Shown one piece after another: positions 48,390-58,473 of a stretch of 64,000 bases of DNA (position 1 is its first letter; each line of letters starts with the position of its first letter). The notes beneath the pieces are model-generated. The model had not been told where the DNA came from. It was given only the letters and a program-made list of their open reading frames with translations, and did not search any database. A program made the translations under genes and the position numbers. Source of the stretch: Gemmatimonadales bacterium (GTDB lineage Bacteria; Gemmatimonadota; Gemmatimonadetes; Gemmatimonadales; GWC2-71-9); assembly GCA_037189525.1 (NCBI GenBank), contig JBBCJC010000003.1:128001-192000 (forward strand). Reading direction: 5' to 3'.

Positions 48390-50018
48390 ATGCAGGGCTT
48401 GATGATGGATTGGCCGCTCACGATTACGACCTTCCTCGAGCGCGCCCGGCAATTTCACGGACGGCAGGAGATCATCAGCAAGACCCCAGCCGGGCTGCAT
48501 CGCTACACCTATCGGGATTACGTCGACCGGGTCGACCGGCTTCGATCCGCGCTCGCGTCTCTCGGTGTGCGGAAGGGCGATCGGGTCGCCACCTTTGCCT
48601 GGAATTCCTTCCGTCATTTCGAGGTGTACTTCGCCGCGCCCTGTATGGGGGCCGTGATCCATACGCTGAATATCAGATTGTTTCCCGATCAGCTGATTTA
48701 CATCGCCAATCACGCCGGGGACAAAGTCGTCTGCGTCGACGCCTCGCTCCTGCCGCTCTTCGAGAAGATTCGTCCGCACCTGACCACGGTCGAACACGTC
48801 ATCGTGTTCCCGGACGATGGGCGTCCGGTCGACCCGGCGCAGGGACTCGACTACGAAGCGCTGCTCGCGGCAGCAGAGCCCGCCGTCGGCTATCCCGAGA
48901 TCCACGAGAATGATGCGCTCGGGATGTGCTACACCTCGGGTACCACCGGGAATCCGAAGGCGGTGGTGTATTCCCATCGGGCCGTCGTGCTGCATACCCT
49001 GACGCAAGTCGCGGCCGACATGATGGGGATCGCATCCGGCGACACCATCCTGGCCATCGTTCCCCTCTTTCACGCCAACGCCTGGGGGTTACCCTACGCC
49101 GGTGTGATGACCGGGACCCGGATGGTCTGGCCGGGCCCCTTCATGCAGCCCCCCGATCTTGCCGAACTGATTCAGAACGAGCGGGTCACCTTTGTCGGTG
49201 GCGTGCCCACCATCATTGCGGGGTTGTATCAGTACCTGCGGACCAACAAAGGGCAGTACGATGTCTCGAGCCTGCGCACCATCGTGGTGGGCGGCGCGGC
49301 TTGTCCGCCGTCGTTGATGGAAGGATTCCATCGGGACTTCGGCATCTGGATCACGCATGCCTGGGGGATGACCGAAACGGCCCCGCTGGGCAGTATGTGT
49401 CACCTGATGCCGCACATGAATGCATGGTCGCCGGCGGAGCAGCTGGAGGTGCGCCTCAAACAGGGCAGGCCCGCGCCCTTCGTCGAGGTGCGGATCGTCG
49501 ACGGCGACGGGAAGGTCCTGCCGCACGACGGGGAGGCGTTCGGTGAGTTGCAGGTACGCGGCCCCTGGGTCATCAGCGCGTACTACGACGATCCGCGCAA
49601 TGCGGAGTGCTTTCAGGACGGATGGTTCCGCACCGGCGACGTGGCCACCATCGACGAAGACGGGTATCTCAAGCTGGTCGATCGTACCAAGGACGTCGTC
49701 AAGAGCGGCGGCGAGTGGATCTCGAGCGTCGACCTCGAGAACGCCATCATGCAGCATCCCCAGGTGCAGGAAGCGGCCGTGATCGGTGTCGCCCACCCGA
49801 AATGGACCGAGCGGCCGCTGGCCTGCGTGGTGGTGCGGCCTGGTGCGCAAGTGACGGCCGGGGATGTCATTGCCTCGATCAAGGATCGATTTGCCACCTG
49901 GTGGCTGCCCAATGACGTCGTCTTCGTCGACGCGGTGCCCAAGACCAGCGTGGGCAAGTTCGACAAGAAGGTGCTGCGCGAACAGTTCCGCGACTATCAG
50001 TGGACGGAACTGTCATAG
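48390..50018 (+). CDS. Fatty-acid/acyl-CoA ligase (AlkK/DmdB-like ANL family)
   Basis: YTSGTTGNPK, FHANAWG, AWGMTE, GWFRTGD, DRTKDVVKSGGEWISS and PKTSVGKFDKK. Confidence 0.93.
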   Translation: MQGLMMDWPLTITTFLERARQFHGRQEIISKTPAGLHRYTYRDYVDRVDRLRSALASLGVRKGDRVATFAWNSFRHFEVYFAAPCMGAVIHTLNIRLFPDQLIYIANHAGDKVVCVDASLLPLFEKIRPHLTTVEHVIVFPDDGRPVDPAQGLDYEALLAAAEPAVGYPEIHENDALGMCYTSGTTGNPKAVVYSHRAVVLHTLTQVAADMMGIASGDTILAIVPLFHANAWGLPYAGVMTGTRMVWPGPFMQPPDLAELIQNERVTFVGGVPTIIAGLYQYLRTNKGQYDVSSLRTIVVGGAACPPSLMEGFHRDFGIWITHAWGMTETAPLGSMCHLMPHMNAWSPAEQLEVRLKQGRPAPFVEVRIVDGDGKVLPHDGEAFGELQVRGPWVISAYYDDPRNAECFQDGWFRTGDVATIDEDGYLKLVDRTKDVVKSGGEWISSVDLENAIMQHPQVQEAAVIGVAHPKWTERPLACVVVRPGAQVTAGDVIASIKDRFATWWLPNDVVFVDAVPKTSVGKFDKKVLREQFRDYQWTELS

Positions 50019-50037
50019 CCGTTCCGTCCGTAGCCGG

Positions 50038-51861
50038 CTACCGCGGTACGACCGGCAGCTCGATGGACGATCGGCCGAGGTGAATGGAGAGGGTTGCGTC
50101 GCCGGTGGCGGGGGTGCGCTGGAAGGTGTCGCGATCCGCGCCGGCAATGGCAATCCTGATCCGGTGACCGGCCCGGAACAGGACCGAGGTCGGCAGGAGC
50201 TGGAAAGTGACGGTTTCCATGCGCCCCGGCACCAGCGGAGCGCTGTCCTTGGCCGCGAAGGTCCGATACGGATAGGTGGTGCGGTAGGGAGGGCGCGCCG
50301 AGGAAAGCTTCCTGTGCAGTAAGCGGAGCTGCCCCTCGGTGATGTAGGTCGAACGCCCGTCGGGCGCGACGGTTTCGAGGTATGCGAACACGTTGCCATC
50401 GGGGGCTGTCGACGCCACCTGGAGGGTGATGACGGGATGCCCCGTGACTTCGAGGTCCGCGGCCAGCGGAGCGCTGGTGTAGGTCTGCATTCTGGCGTCC
50501 TGGTCTGATCGGTCCTCGTAGATCACATCGCCGCCGCCGTTTTGGGTATACCAGCGGTTCTTCCGTCCCGTCGTGACCTCGAAGTCCATCTGGTACCGAT
50601 CGACACCGCGTGCCGGCCGACGGTCGGCCAGCGTTCCGTCGGCTCCCAGATAGAACGTGCGCATCGACGTGCCGGGCAGGGGCCAGCGCTCGGTCCGCTT
50701 CCATCGTTCTTCGCCCAACGTGTAGTAGAGCAGGGTCTTGCCTTCGAACCGGGTGGCTCCGTCTTTCATGTGCTGATCGAAGAAGCAGGCGGCCTGCTCG
50801 GTCTGGATCGCGGAGGAGGGCGTCGTCGGCGTCGAGTCCGGCAGGAAGGGGCTGGTGTGATGACCGCCGCCGTGACTCCAGGGGCCGATGACCAGCAGTT
50901 GGGGATTCGACCAGGTCATGAAACGATTGAGCGCACCTTGCGCGGTGCCGGCGTCGAGCCAGCTGGCCCAGGCAAAGATCGGCGTTCCGGCGCGCTCGAT
51001 GGCCTGCTGATACCGGAAGCTGGCGGCGCGGTCCAGCGTCGCTCCTCCAAAGCCGGCGACCGGTTCGTCGCGAAACCGAACCGCGGTCAGCGACGAGTCG
51101 AGTCGAGGATTGCGGCGATGGTCCTCGATCGCGGCGGCGAGCAGGATGGCCGCGGAGTCGCCGTCGACGGGGCGAACGCCCTGGGGAGCTTGCGGCACGG
51201 CATTCATGTCCATCGCATGCACCGCCGAGCCCCAGTCGCGAATCATCATCTGGTTGACCACACCTCCCGGAAAGGTGAGATCGGTGTAGACGTCGAAGTC
51301 CATGAATCGCGGAATCACGGCTTTGAGGGCCGGATGATTCCCCGCGGCGGTCAGCAGGGCGGTGTTGCCCGTGTAGGAAGTGCCCACCGACCCGACCGCG
51401 CCATTCGACCACGGTTGGGCCGCAATCCATTCCACCAGACGGTTCAAATCATCGACCTCGGCCGGCGACCAGGGGTAGTACCACTGACCGAAGGATGCCC
51501 CGGTGCCCCGAACGTCGGCGTAGACGTACGCGTAACCCCGGGAAATCCAGAATCGCTCCATCGGCCCGATCGGCTGGCCCGCTGCGGCGCGCCAGTAGCG
51601 GGTGCTGACGAGCACCGCCGGCAAGGGATGCTCGACCCGCTCCGGCAGGTAGACGTCGACGGCGAGGCGGATCCCATCCGGCATCGCGACGTACCGTGAC
51701 GTTCTCGTGACGGACGCCGTCGATGTCGCGGCGGCCCGGCAGCTGGCCAGCGGCTCCGGTTGCGTCTGGGCGCCAGCCTGCGGAACCACGATCAGGATAG
51801 CAGTCAGCGCCAGGGCCATCTGGCGGGCAGCGGTGCGGTACGGGGCGATCAGGCCAAGCAT
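50038..51861 (-). CDS. Exported CocE/NonD family serine hydrolase
   Basis: MPDGIRLAVDVYLP, DVRGTGASFG, nucleophile motif QPWSNGAVGSVGTSY, IGPWSH and a PepX-like C-terminal domain. Confidence 0.92.
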   Translation of the reverse strand: MLGLIAPYRTAARQMALALTAILIVVPQAGAQTQPEPLASCRAAATSTASVTRTSRYVAMPDGIRLAVDVYLPERVEHPLPAVLVSTRYWRAAAGQPIGPMERFWISRGYAYVYADVRGTGASFGQWYYPWSPAEVDDLNRLVEWIAAQPWSNGAVGSVGTSYTGNTALLTAAGNHPALKAVIPRFMDFDVYTDLTFPGGVVNQMMIRDWGSAVHAMDMNAVPQAPQGVRPVDGDSAAILLAAAIEDHRRNPRLDSSLTAVRFRDEPVAGFGGATLDRAASFRYQQAIERAGTPIFAWASWLDAGTAQGALNRFMTWSNPQLLVIGPWSHGGGHHTSPFLPDSTPTTPSSAIQTEQAACFFDQHMKDGATRFEGKTLLYYTLGEERWKRTERWPLPGTSMRTFYLGADGTLADRRPARGVDRYQMDFEVTTGRKNRWYTQNGGGDVIYEDRSDQDARMQTYTSAPLAADLEVTGHPVITLQVASTAPDGNVFAYLETVAPDGRSTYITEGQLRLLHRKLSSARPPYRTTYPYRTFAAKDSAPLVPGRMETVTFQLLPTSVLFRAGHRIRIAIAGADRDTFQRTPATGDATLSIHLGRSSIELPVVPR

Positions 51862-52278
51862 CGGGTCGTTTCCTGGGGAGCAGGCAAGAAAATAACGTTT
51901 GTTGTGTTCCTTCCGTCAAGCCGGCCCCGGCTGCGGCGGGATTTTCGTTGGCGGTTCTGCCCGGGGTGTGGATCGACTAGAATTGAAAGTGGCCGATTCG
52001 TCATTGCCTCGGAAAGGCCGATGGCAGACCGGTCGCGCAGCAGGGCCGTGTGGCTGCAACTCCTGATCTCGTCTCCCTTTTGAATGGGGCGGGACGGCCC
52101 GAGTTGCAAGCCAATCATCTCGACGAGGCACGCTGCATCGTTCGGGATTGCACTTTACGACGGCAGGTCGATCATGCAGCGACGTCCGTTGCTTCTCTCA
52201 GTCGGGGCGGCCATTTTTGCCTCCTCGTCAAGTCTGTTCACCAAGCACAAGCTCACATCTCTCGCCGGGAGGGATCGC

Positions 52279-52884
52279 ATGCCCCACACATTGCCCCCGC
52301 TTCCTTATGCATACAACGCGCTGGAGCCGTACATCGACGAGCAGACGATGCGGATCCATCACGGGAAGCACCACGAAGCCTACGTCAACAACCTGAACGC
52401 GGCGCTCAAGGATTATCCCGATCTCGACAAGCTGCCGATCGATGCGCTGATTGGTGATCTGTCGCAGGTGCCGGAAGCGATTCGGACCGCGGTGCGCAAC
52501 AACGGCGGTGGGCACTACAATCACACGCTGTTCTGGGAGATCATGACGCCCGGCGGCGCCGGGGAGCCGGGTGGTGCGCTGGGCGGCGCGATCAATTCGG
52601 CCTTCGGCAGCTTCGCATCGTTCAAGGAGCAGTTCCAGAAGGCCGGCCTGGGGCGCTTCGGCAGCGGCTGGGCCTGGCTGGTGCAGTCCGGCTCCGGCGT
52701 CGCGATCGAGAGTTCGCCCAATCAGGATTGCCCCGTCATGGACGGGAAGAAGGTCCTGCTCGGCTGCGACGTGTGGGAGCACGCGTACTATCTCAAGTAT
52801 CAGAACCGCCGGGCCGACTATCTCGGCGCCTGGTGGAACACGGTCAACTGGACCATCGTCGGCAACCGGTTTGGAGCGGCCTGA
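52279..52884 (+). CDS. sodA: Fe/Mn superoxide dismutase (Mn-type signature)
   Basis: [34 protein letters not shown] and DVWEHAYY. Confidence 0.93.
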   Translation: MPHTLPPLPYAYNALEPYIDEQTMRIHHGKHHEAYVNNLNAALKDYPDLDKLPIDALIGDLSQVPEAIRTAVRNNGGGHYNHTLFWEIMTPGGAGEPGGALGGAINSAFGSFASFKEQFQKAGLGRFGSGWAWLVQSGSGVAIESSPNQDCPVMDGKKVLLGCDVWEHAYYLKYQNRRADYLGAWWNTVNWTIVGNRFGAA

Positions 52885-52887
52885 CCC

Positions 52888-53343
52888 ATGGGACTGCCCG
52901 CGGTGGGAGCACAGGCTCCCGACTTTACCCTGGCCTCGACCGGAGGCGACGTTACGCTCGCTGCGCATCGCGGCAAGCGCGTCCTGCTGGCCTTCTTTCC
53001 GCTCGCGTTCACCGGTGTCTGCACCGCCGAGATGTGTGCGTTCTCGGAAGATTTCGATCAATTCCGGGACGCCGATACGGTAGTGCTCCCGATCAGCGTC
53101 GATTCCGTCCCGACCTTGAAGGAGTTCAAAGCCAAGGAAGGGATCCAGGTCGACCTCCTGAGCGACTTCAAGCGCGAGGTCAGCCGGGCCTACGGCACTT
53201 TGCTGGAGGACAAGTTCTTCAGCAAGCGCGCCTATGTCCTGATCGACCGGGACGGGGTGGTTCGCTGGACCCATGAGGAGAAAGAGCTGGGCCACAAGCG
53301 CGATAACGCGGCCCTGCTCGAGCAGATCAAGGCGCTCAACTGA
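52888..53343 (+). CDS. Peroxiredoxin (AhpE/BCP-like)
   Basis: APDFTL, FFPLAFTGVCTAEMC (PxxxTxxC), LLSDF and RAYVLID. Confidence 0.9.
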   Translation: MGLPAVGAQAPDFTLASTGGDVTLAAHRGKRVLLAFFPLAFTGVCTAEMCAFSEDFDQFRDADTVVLPISVDSVPTLKEFKAKEGIQVDLLSDFKREVSRAYGTLLEDKFFSKRAYVLIDRDGVVRWTHEEKELGHKRDNAALLEQIKALN

Positions 53344-53435
53344 GCGGAGCGTCCCGGCACTATCCGGGGATCGAGTCCCCCGAACTGGCCCTCGACCAGG
53401 CAACCGCCTGGGCGATTGCCCAGGTCGGGGGACAC

Positions 53436-53909
53436 TTGCGTGTGGAAGCGCTGCCTCCCGATGACATCGAGTCCGGAGTCGATGGGCTGATCGACGATGT
53501 CCGGGCCTGGCACCGGGTCCGAAAGCCGGGCATGCTCGATCCCACGGCCCTGCTGGGTCGGGTGACGGGCCTGCTACTGGGCGCCGAGCAGGGCGGCGCC
53601 GGCGGGCGGCTGGAACTCTGTCCCGACCTTCCGGACGGGTGGAAGAGCCTCAAGGTCAAGCGGCTCCGGTCGCACCGGACCTTGCTGGATCTGGAGATCC
53701 GGCCCCGGGCGGAGTGGGTCACGGTGCGGATTGCGGTCCGGTTCGGGCCCGCCATTCCGGTCAGGGTCCGCCTGCCGGAGGCCTGCGGGGTGTCCCGGGT
53801 TACCGTCGACGATGTGCCCCTGGAGAGCCGGCAGGCCATCCTGACCGTCCAGGGAGAGCACGAGATCATGTTCTATCTCGGCGCGGCGGGCCGGGGGGAG
53901 GTCGGGTGA
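53436..53909 (+). CDS. Hypothetical protein (resembles the C-terminal beta-sandwich of some glycoside hydrolases)
   Basis: LELCPDLPDGWKSL.V..LR pattern and operon position. The frame is open back to about 53340, so the start is uncertain. Confidence 0.5.
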   Translation: MRVEALPPDDIESGVDGLIDDVRAWHRVRKPGMLDPTALLGRVTGLLLGAEQGGAGGRLELCPDLPDGWKSLKVKRLRSHRTLLDLEIRPRAEWVTVRIAVRFGPAIPVRVRLPEACGVSRVTVDDVPLESRQAILTVQGEHEIMFYLGAAGRGEVG

Positions 53910-53940
53910 CCCCGGTGCACTTACTTTTCGTGGCGAGACC

Positions 53941-55452
53941 ATGACGACGACCACGCTAGGCGGGACCGCCCTCGAGTTACTGGGGCGGGTAGCCCGCATT
54001 CTCAACAGCGGCCTGCCTCCCGACGATACGCTCGGTTCGGTGGCCGGGGCGGTGCAGCAGGGCCTCCGACTCGAGGCGGTCTGTATCTGGCGCCGGGATA
54101 CCGGGATGAGCCGTTGTACCGGGATTGCCAGCCCGCCGATGGCGCTTGCTGCGCCGACGCTGGAAGAGCTGCCGCCGGCAGGTCCGCACGCCGTCCGGGT
54201 TCCGCTGGTACATGCCGGTCTCCGGCTCGGTCTGCTCGAACTGACCCGGCATCCCGGCGGCCCCGACGTCATGCCGGCCGTAGTGGATGTGCTGCAGAAT
54301 CTCCTGGCGCCGTTTCTCGATGCCATGACGCTGGCCGAGGATCTGGCACTCGAGGTGGCGAGCCGGTCGCGCGAGATCTCGGAGCAGCGCCGGCTCACCG
54401 GCCTGGTGATCGATAGCCTTCCGGTCGGCCTCTACGTGATCGACCGCGCCTATCGGATTCAGTTCTGGAATCGGAAGCGGGAAACCGGCACTCAGGGCCT
54501 CAAACGTGACGACGTGGTGGGGCGGCCGGTCTTTCAGGTCCTGACCAGGCAGCCAGTCGACCTGCTCAAGGCCGAGTTCGACCGGGTCTTTGCGACGGGG
54601 GAGAGCATCCAGGCCGAAACCGTGGTCGAGCAGGGGGGCGAGCGGCGGGTCTACCTCCTCTCCCGGTTGCCGATGCGTCTCGAGGGCGATGCCATCACGC
54701 ACGTCATCACCATCGGGGAAGACGTCACCGATGCGCGCAACGGGCAGCAGCAGATCCTGCAGCACGAAAAGCTGGCGGCGGTTGGCCAGCTGGCGGCGGG
54801 GATCATGCATGAGATCAACAATCCGCTGGCCACGATCGCAGCCTGCGCAGCTGCCATCGAAGGGCGAATCGGCGCGATGGCCGAGGCGCCGGTCAAAGAG
54901 TATCTCGAGATCATCGACCAGGAAGTGCAGCGGTGCACCAAGATCGTCGATGGTCTGCTCGAGTTCAGTCGCCCGCATCACGCCGGAACGCCGAAGTGCC
55001 CGGTCAGCGCCAACGAGTTGATCGAGCGGACCCTGTTCCTGCTCAAGCACCATAAACGTTTCCGCCGGCTGGTGGTCGAGACCGACCTAGGCCCCGACGT
55101 GTCGGTGGTGGCCAACGACGAGCAGATCATCCAGGTCCTGATGGCGCTGATGCTGAACGCCGTCGATGCCATGGGCGACGGGGGCACCCTGACACTGCGC
55201 ACCAGGCGGGTTGCCGGAAAGACCGAAGCGGCGCTCGAGGTGCGCGACGACGGGGCGGGGATTCCGAGCCGCGAGCTGTCCAAGATCTTCGAGCCGTTCT
55301 ACACCACCAAGCCTCCGGGCCAGGGGACCGGGCTCGGTCTCTCGATTGCCTACGGGATCGTGCGTGAGCACGGCGGGCGGATCGATGTCGAAAGCGAACT
55401 GGGGCGCGGGAGCGCCTTTACCGTAGTGCTGCCGACGGTGATCGACCCATGA
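53941..55452 (+). CDS. Cytoplasmic GAF-like/PAS histidine kinase (NtrB-like)
   Basis: PAS motif SLPVGLYVID..FWN, EKLAAVGQLAAGIMHEINNPL, DDGAG, FEPFYTTK and GTGLGL. Confidence 0.92.
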   Translation: MTTTTLGGTALELLGRVARILNSGLPPDDTLGSVAGAVQQGLRLEAVCIWRRDTGMSRCTGIASPPMALAAPTLEELPPAGPHAVRVPLVHAGLRLGLLELTRHPGGPDVMPAVVDVLQNLLAPFLDAMTLAEDLALEVASRSREISEQRRLTGLVIDSLPVGLYVIDRAYRIQFWNRKRETGTQGLKRDDVVGRPVFQVLTRQPVDLLKAEFDRVFATGESIQAETVVEQGGERRVYLLSRLPMRLEGDAITHVITIGEDVTDARNGQQQILQHEKLAAVGQLAAGIMHEINNPLATIAACAAAIEGRIGAMAEAPVKEYLEIIDQEVQRCTKIVDGLLEFSRPHHAGTPKCPVSANELIERTLFLLKHHKRFRRLVVETDLGPDVSVVANDEQIIQVLMALMLNAVDAMGDGGTLTLRTRRVAGKTEAALEVRDDGAGIPSRELSKIFEPFYTTKPPGQGTGLGLSIAYGIVREHGGRIDVESELGRGSAFTVVLPTVIDP

Positions 55453-56117
55453 AAATTCTCGTCGTCGAAGACGATCGGATCGTCGGCCAGTATGTCCGGC
55501 GTGGCCTCGAAGAGCAGGGGTACCATTCCGATCTGGTGGGTGACGGCCTCGAGGCGCTCCGGCTGATTGCGGGCGGGCACTACGATCTCGTCATTCTCGA
55601 TCTGCGGTTGCCGGGCATGACCGGGTACGAGGTGCTGCGCACCATTCGGGATCGGGGCCTGACGCTCCCGGTGCTGGTGCTCACGGCGCAGGACGCGGTC
55701 GACAACAAAGTTCAGGCGCTCCGCTCCGGGGCGGACGACTACGTCACCAAGCCGTTTGCGTTCGAGGAACTGCTGGCGCGGGTCGAGGCCATTGCGCGCC
55801 GACCGCAGCAGCTCCGGTCGACCAAGGTGGTGGTGGGTGATCTCGAGCTCGATACCGCGACGCGGGAGGTTCGTCGCGCGGGGAAACTGATCGATCTCAC
55901 GCCCAAAGAGTATACGGTGCTCGAATACCTGATGCGCCATCCCGGGCGCGTCATGTCCCGGACACTGATTACCGAGTACGCCTGGGACTATCACTTCGAT
56001 CCGGGCACCAACATCGTCGACGTCGTCATCAACCGGCTTCGTAAGAAGCTCGACGCCGGCCACGACAAGAAGATCCTCCACACGGTGCGTGGCGTGGGTT
56101 ACGTGATCAAGGTGTGA
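55449..56117 (+). CDS. OmpR/PhoB-family response regulator (CusR/CzcR-like)
   Basis: KILVVEDD, LDLRLPG, GADDYVTKPF, LTPKEY, NIVDVVINRLRKKL and TVRGVGY. Confidence 0.95.
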   Translation: MKILVVEDDRIVGQYVRRGLEEQGYHSDLVGDGLEALRLIAGGHYDLVILDLRLPGMTGYEVLRTIRDRGLTLPVLVLTAQDAVDNKVQALRSGADDYVTKPFAFEELLARVEAIARRPQQLRSTKVVVGDLELDTATREVRRAGKLIDLTPKEYTVLEYLMRHPGRVMSRTLITEYAWDYHFDPGTNIVDVVINRLRKKLDAGHDKKILHTVRGVGYVIKV

Positions 56118-57568
56118 TGATGCGGTCGATCCGACGGCGGCTCACCATCGGATATGTCGTCGCCCTCGGGTTGACGCTGACCCTGTTCGGGGTCGTGCTG
56201 TATGTCGACCGCCGGCAGGCGGACTTCCAGTCGCTCGACGACCGGCTGGAGGTGGAAGCGCAGCTGACGCTCCGCATGCTGCGCGACCTCTCCCGCTCGC
56301 TCGGCCGCCTGCCGCCCGTCGTCGAGAGCGTCCAGCAGTATTTCCAGGGCTTTGCCCACTATCTGGTGCTGGTCGGGAGCGACCAGAACATCATCCTGGT
56401 CATCGATCCCGTGGGCAGCCTCGGTAACGAGACCGTCGGGCGGCTCCGCGAACTGACCCACCTGATCAAAGACGCCACGCCGGCCTGGACCACCACGACG
56501 ATTACCCCGGGGCAGTCGCCGGTCCGGTTCTATGTGGCGCCCGTCATCGGCGCGGACCCGGCCATCCGCTACATGCTCGTGGGCGCGAGTCTCGACGAGG
56601 TCTCCTTCGGACCGGCGGCGTTGCTCCGCTCGATGCTGCTGGTGGCGCCGGTCGTCCTGCTGGTCTCGGTGGTGATCGGGTCGTGGCTGGCCGGCACCAG
56701 TCTCTATCCGCTCGAGTCGACCATCGACGAGCTGACGGCCATCACCGACGGCCGGAGCCTGCACCGTCGGCTCCCGGTCAACCCGAGCGGCACCGACGAG
56801 TTGACCCGGCTTTCCCAGGCCGTCAACGGGATGTTCGCGCGCCTGGAGCAGAGCTTTGCGGCGCAACAGCGGTTCGTCGCCGAGGCGAGCCACGAACTCA
56901 AGACCCCGCTGATGGTGCTGCGGGTCGGGGTGGAGCGCGCGCTGACCGATCCGACCACGCCGAACGAGAATCTGGAAGCGCTCGACCAGTCGCTCGAAGA
57001 GATCAATCGGATGTCGGAACTGGTGGACAGCCTGCTGACGTTGGCGCGCGCCGACGAGGGACGGGTGCCGCTCGCGGTCGAGAGGCGCGACCTGCGGGAC
57101 CTGGTCAACGAGGCGGCGGAGACCGCGCAGATCCTGGGCGAAGCCAAGAGCCTGACCATCCGCAGCCAGGTGCCGGACCAGCCGGTGTTCTATCCGATCG
57201 ACCGGACCCGGATGCGGCAGTTGCTGCTCAATCTCGTTACCAATGCGGTCAAGTACACGCCGGACGGGGGCGGGGTGACGGTGTCGCTGGCCGGGGGAGA
57301 TGAGGTGGTCCAGATCATCGTCGCCGACACCGGAATGGGCATTGCAGCCGGCGACCTGCCGCACATTTTCGATCGCTTCTGGCGGGCCGATCCCGCGCGC
57401 GCCCGCGACACCGGGGGCACCGGCGCCGGACTGGGACTGGCCATTACCAAGTGGATTGCCGAGGCGCATGGCGGATCGATCTCCGTCCAGAGCCGCCCTG
57501 GCAAAGGCGCGACATTTACCGTATCATTGCCGCACTCCGATCGCGGGACTGAAACCGCTGGCGAGTAA
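56114..57568 (+). CDS. Membrane sensor histidine kinase with a HAMP domain
   Basis: Two TM helices, HAMP (DELTRL..AVNGM), ASHELKTPL, NLVTNAVKY, DTGMGI and GAGLGL. Confidence 0.93.
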   Translation: MMMRSIRRRLTIGYVVALGLTLTLFGVVLYVDRRQADFQSLDDRLEVEAQLTLRMLRDLSRSLGRLPPVVESVQQYFQGFAHYLVLVGSDQNIILVIDPVGSLGNETVGRLRELTHLIKDATPAWTTTTITPGQSPVRFYVAPVIGADPAIRYMLVGASLDEVSFGPAALLRSMLLVAPVVLLVSVVIGSWLAGTSLYPLESTIDELTAITDGRSLHRRLPVNPSGTDELTRLSQAVNGMFARLEQSFAAQQRFVAEASHELKTPLMVLRVGVERALTDPTTPNENLEALDQSLEEINRMSELVDSLLTLARADEGRVPLAVERRDLRDLVNEAAETAQILGEAKSLTIRSQVPDQPVFYPIDRTRMRQLLLNLVTNAVKYTPDGGGVTVSLAGGDEVVQIIVADTGMGIAAGDLPHIFDRFWRADPARARDTGGTGAGLGLAITKWIAEAHGGSISVQSRPGKGATFTVSLPHSDRGTETAGE

Positions 57569-57598
57569 TCGCACGACAAGCCGTTTTCGCTAATCGTT

Positions 57599-57616
57599 CT
57601 GTCATCCTTTTGTCAT
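57599..57616 (+). promoter_or_regulatory. Pho-box-like direct repeat (OmpR/PhoB-family site) upstream of tonB
   Basis: CTGTCAT-CCTT-TTGTCAT, with 11-bp periodicity. Confidence 0.6.
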
Positions 57617-57699
57617 CTTGTGGTGAGCCGCGTGCAATCCGCGGCTGCTTGATTAAGCGTTGAGTACTGCTGGCCCCTTTTTGGGAGGCATCATTATCC

Positions 57700-58404
57700 A
57701 TGTTCGAAAACCTGATTGAGTCGAAGCCCAAGCGGCAGCGCACCATCGGTCAGACGATCGTCTCGCTCATCATGCATATCGTGTTGATCTATGCAGCGGT
57801 GACGGCGACGACCGGCGCGGCTGAAGCGCTCAAGGAAATCATTCAGGACACCACCATGGTGTTCCTGAAGCCGCCGGAACCGCCTCCGCCTCCGCCACCC
57901 ACCACGCCGCCGCCGGACGCGATCGTCACCGCGAATCCGCCGCCGATGGGCTTCCAGACCGTGATGCCCCCGACGGAGATTCCGAGGGACATTCCGCCGG
58001 TCAACCTCAACGAGCGGTTCGACGCCAAGGACTTCAGCGGTAAGGGCGTCGAGGGCGGTATCGCCGCGGGTATCGTGGGCGGAACCGGTCCGGTCTCCAC
58101 CGAAGAGACCTTCGTGGCCGACGAGGTCGACGATCCGGTCCAGCCGATCAACCAGTTGCGTCCTCGCTACCCCCCAGTGCTCCAGCAGGCGGGTATTGCC
58201 GGCAGCGTCGACGTCCAGTACGTGGTCGGTATCAACGGGAAGGCCGAGCCGGAGTCGTTCAAGGTCCTCCGCAGCACGAACAAGGCGTTCGAGGATCCGG
58301 CCCGCGACGCCATCCTGGGGTCGACGTACAAGCCGGCGCGCATTCGCGGACAGCCGGTGCGGCAGTTGGTGCAGCAGCGAGTGTCGTTCACCATCGGCGG
58401 GTAA
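57700..58404 (+). CDS. tonB: Energy transducer TonB
   Basis: GGAGG RBS, N-terminal TM with the S..MH motif, a poly-Pro linker and a C-terminal PRYP..G.V..YKPA domain. Confidence 0.9.
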   Translation: MFENLIESKPKRQRTIGQTIVSLIMHIVLIYAAVTATTGAAEALKEIIQDTTMVFLKPPEPPPPPPPTTPPPDAIVTANPPPMGFQTVMPPTEIPRDIPPVNLNERFDAKDFSGKGVEGGIAAGIVGGTGPVSTEETFVADEVDDPVQPINQLRPRYPPVLQQAGIAGSVDVQYVVGINGKAEPESFKVLRSTNKAFEDPARDAILGSTYKPARIRGQPVRQLVQQRVSFTIGG

Positions 58405-58473
58405 ACCAAGCGAGTCAAACCAGGGGTGGGTTTCCGGCCCGCCCCGACATCGTCAACAGAGGGAGCTTTTCAA

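Noticed and set aside
52054..52108. Hairpin upstream of the SOD gene as a Mn-sensing yybP-ykoY riboswitch
   Set aside because: An inverted repeat (TGCAACTC..GAGTTGCA) exists, but the riboswitch consensus is not visible.
52084..52278. N-terminal signal-like extension on SOD
   Set aside because: The GGGAGGG RBS directly before ATG at 52279 and the typical SOD N-terminus favour the shorter protein.
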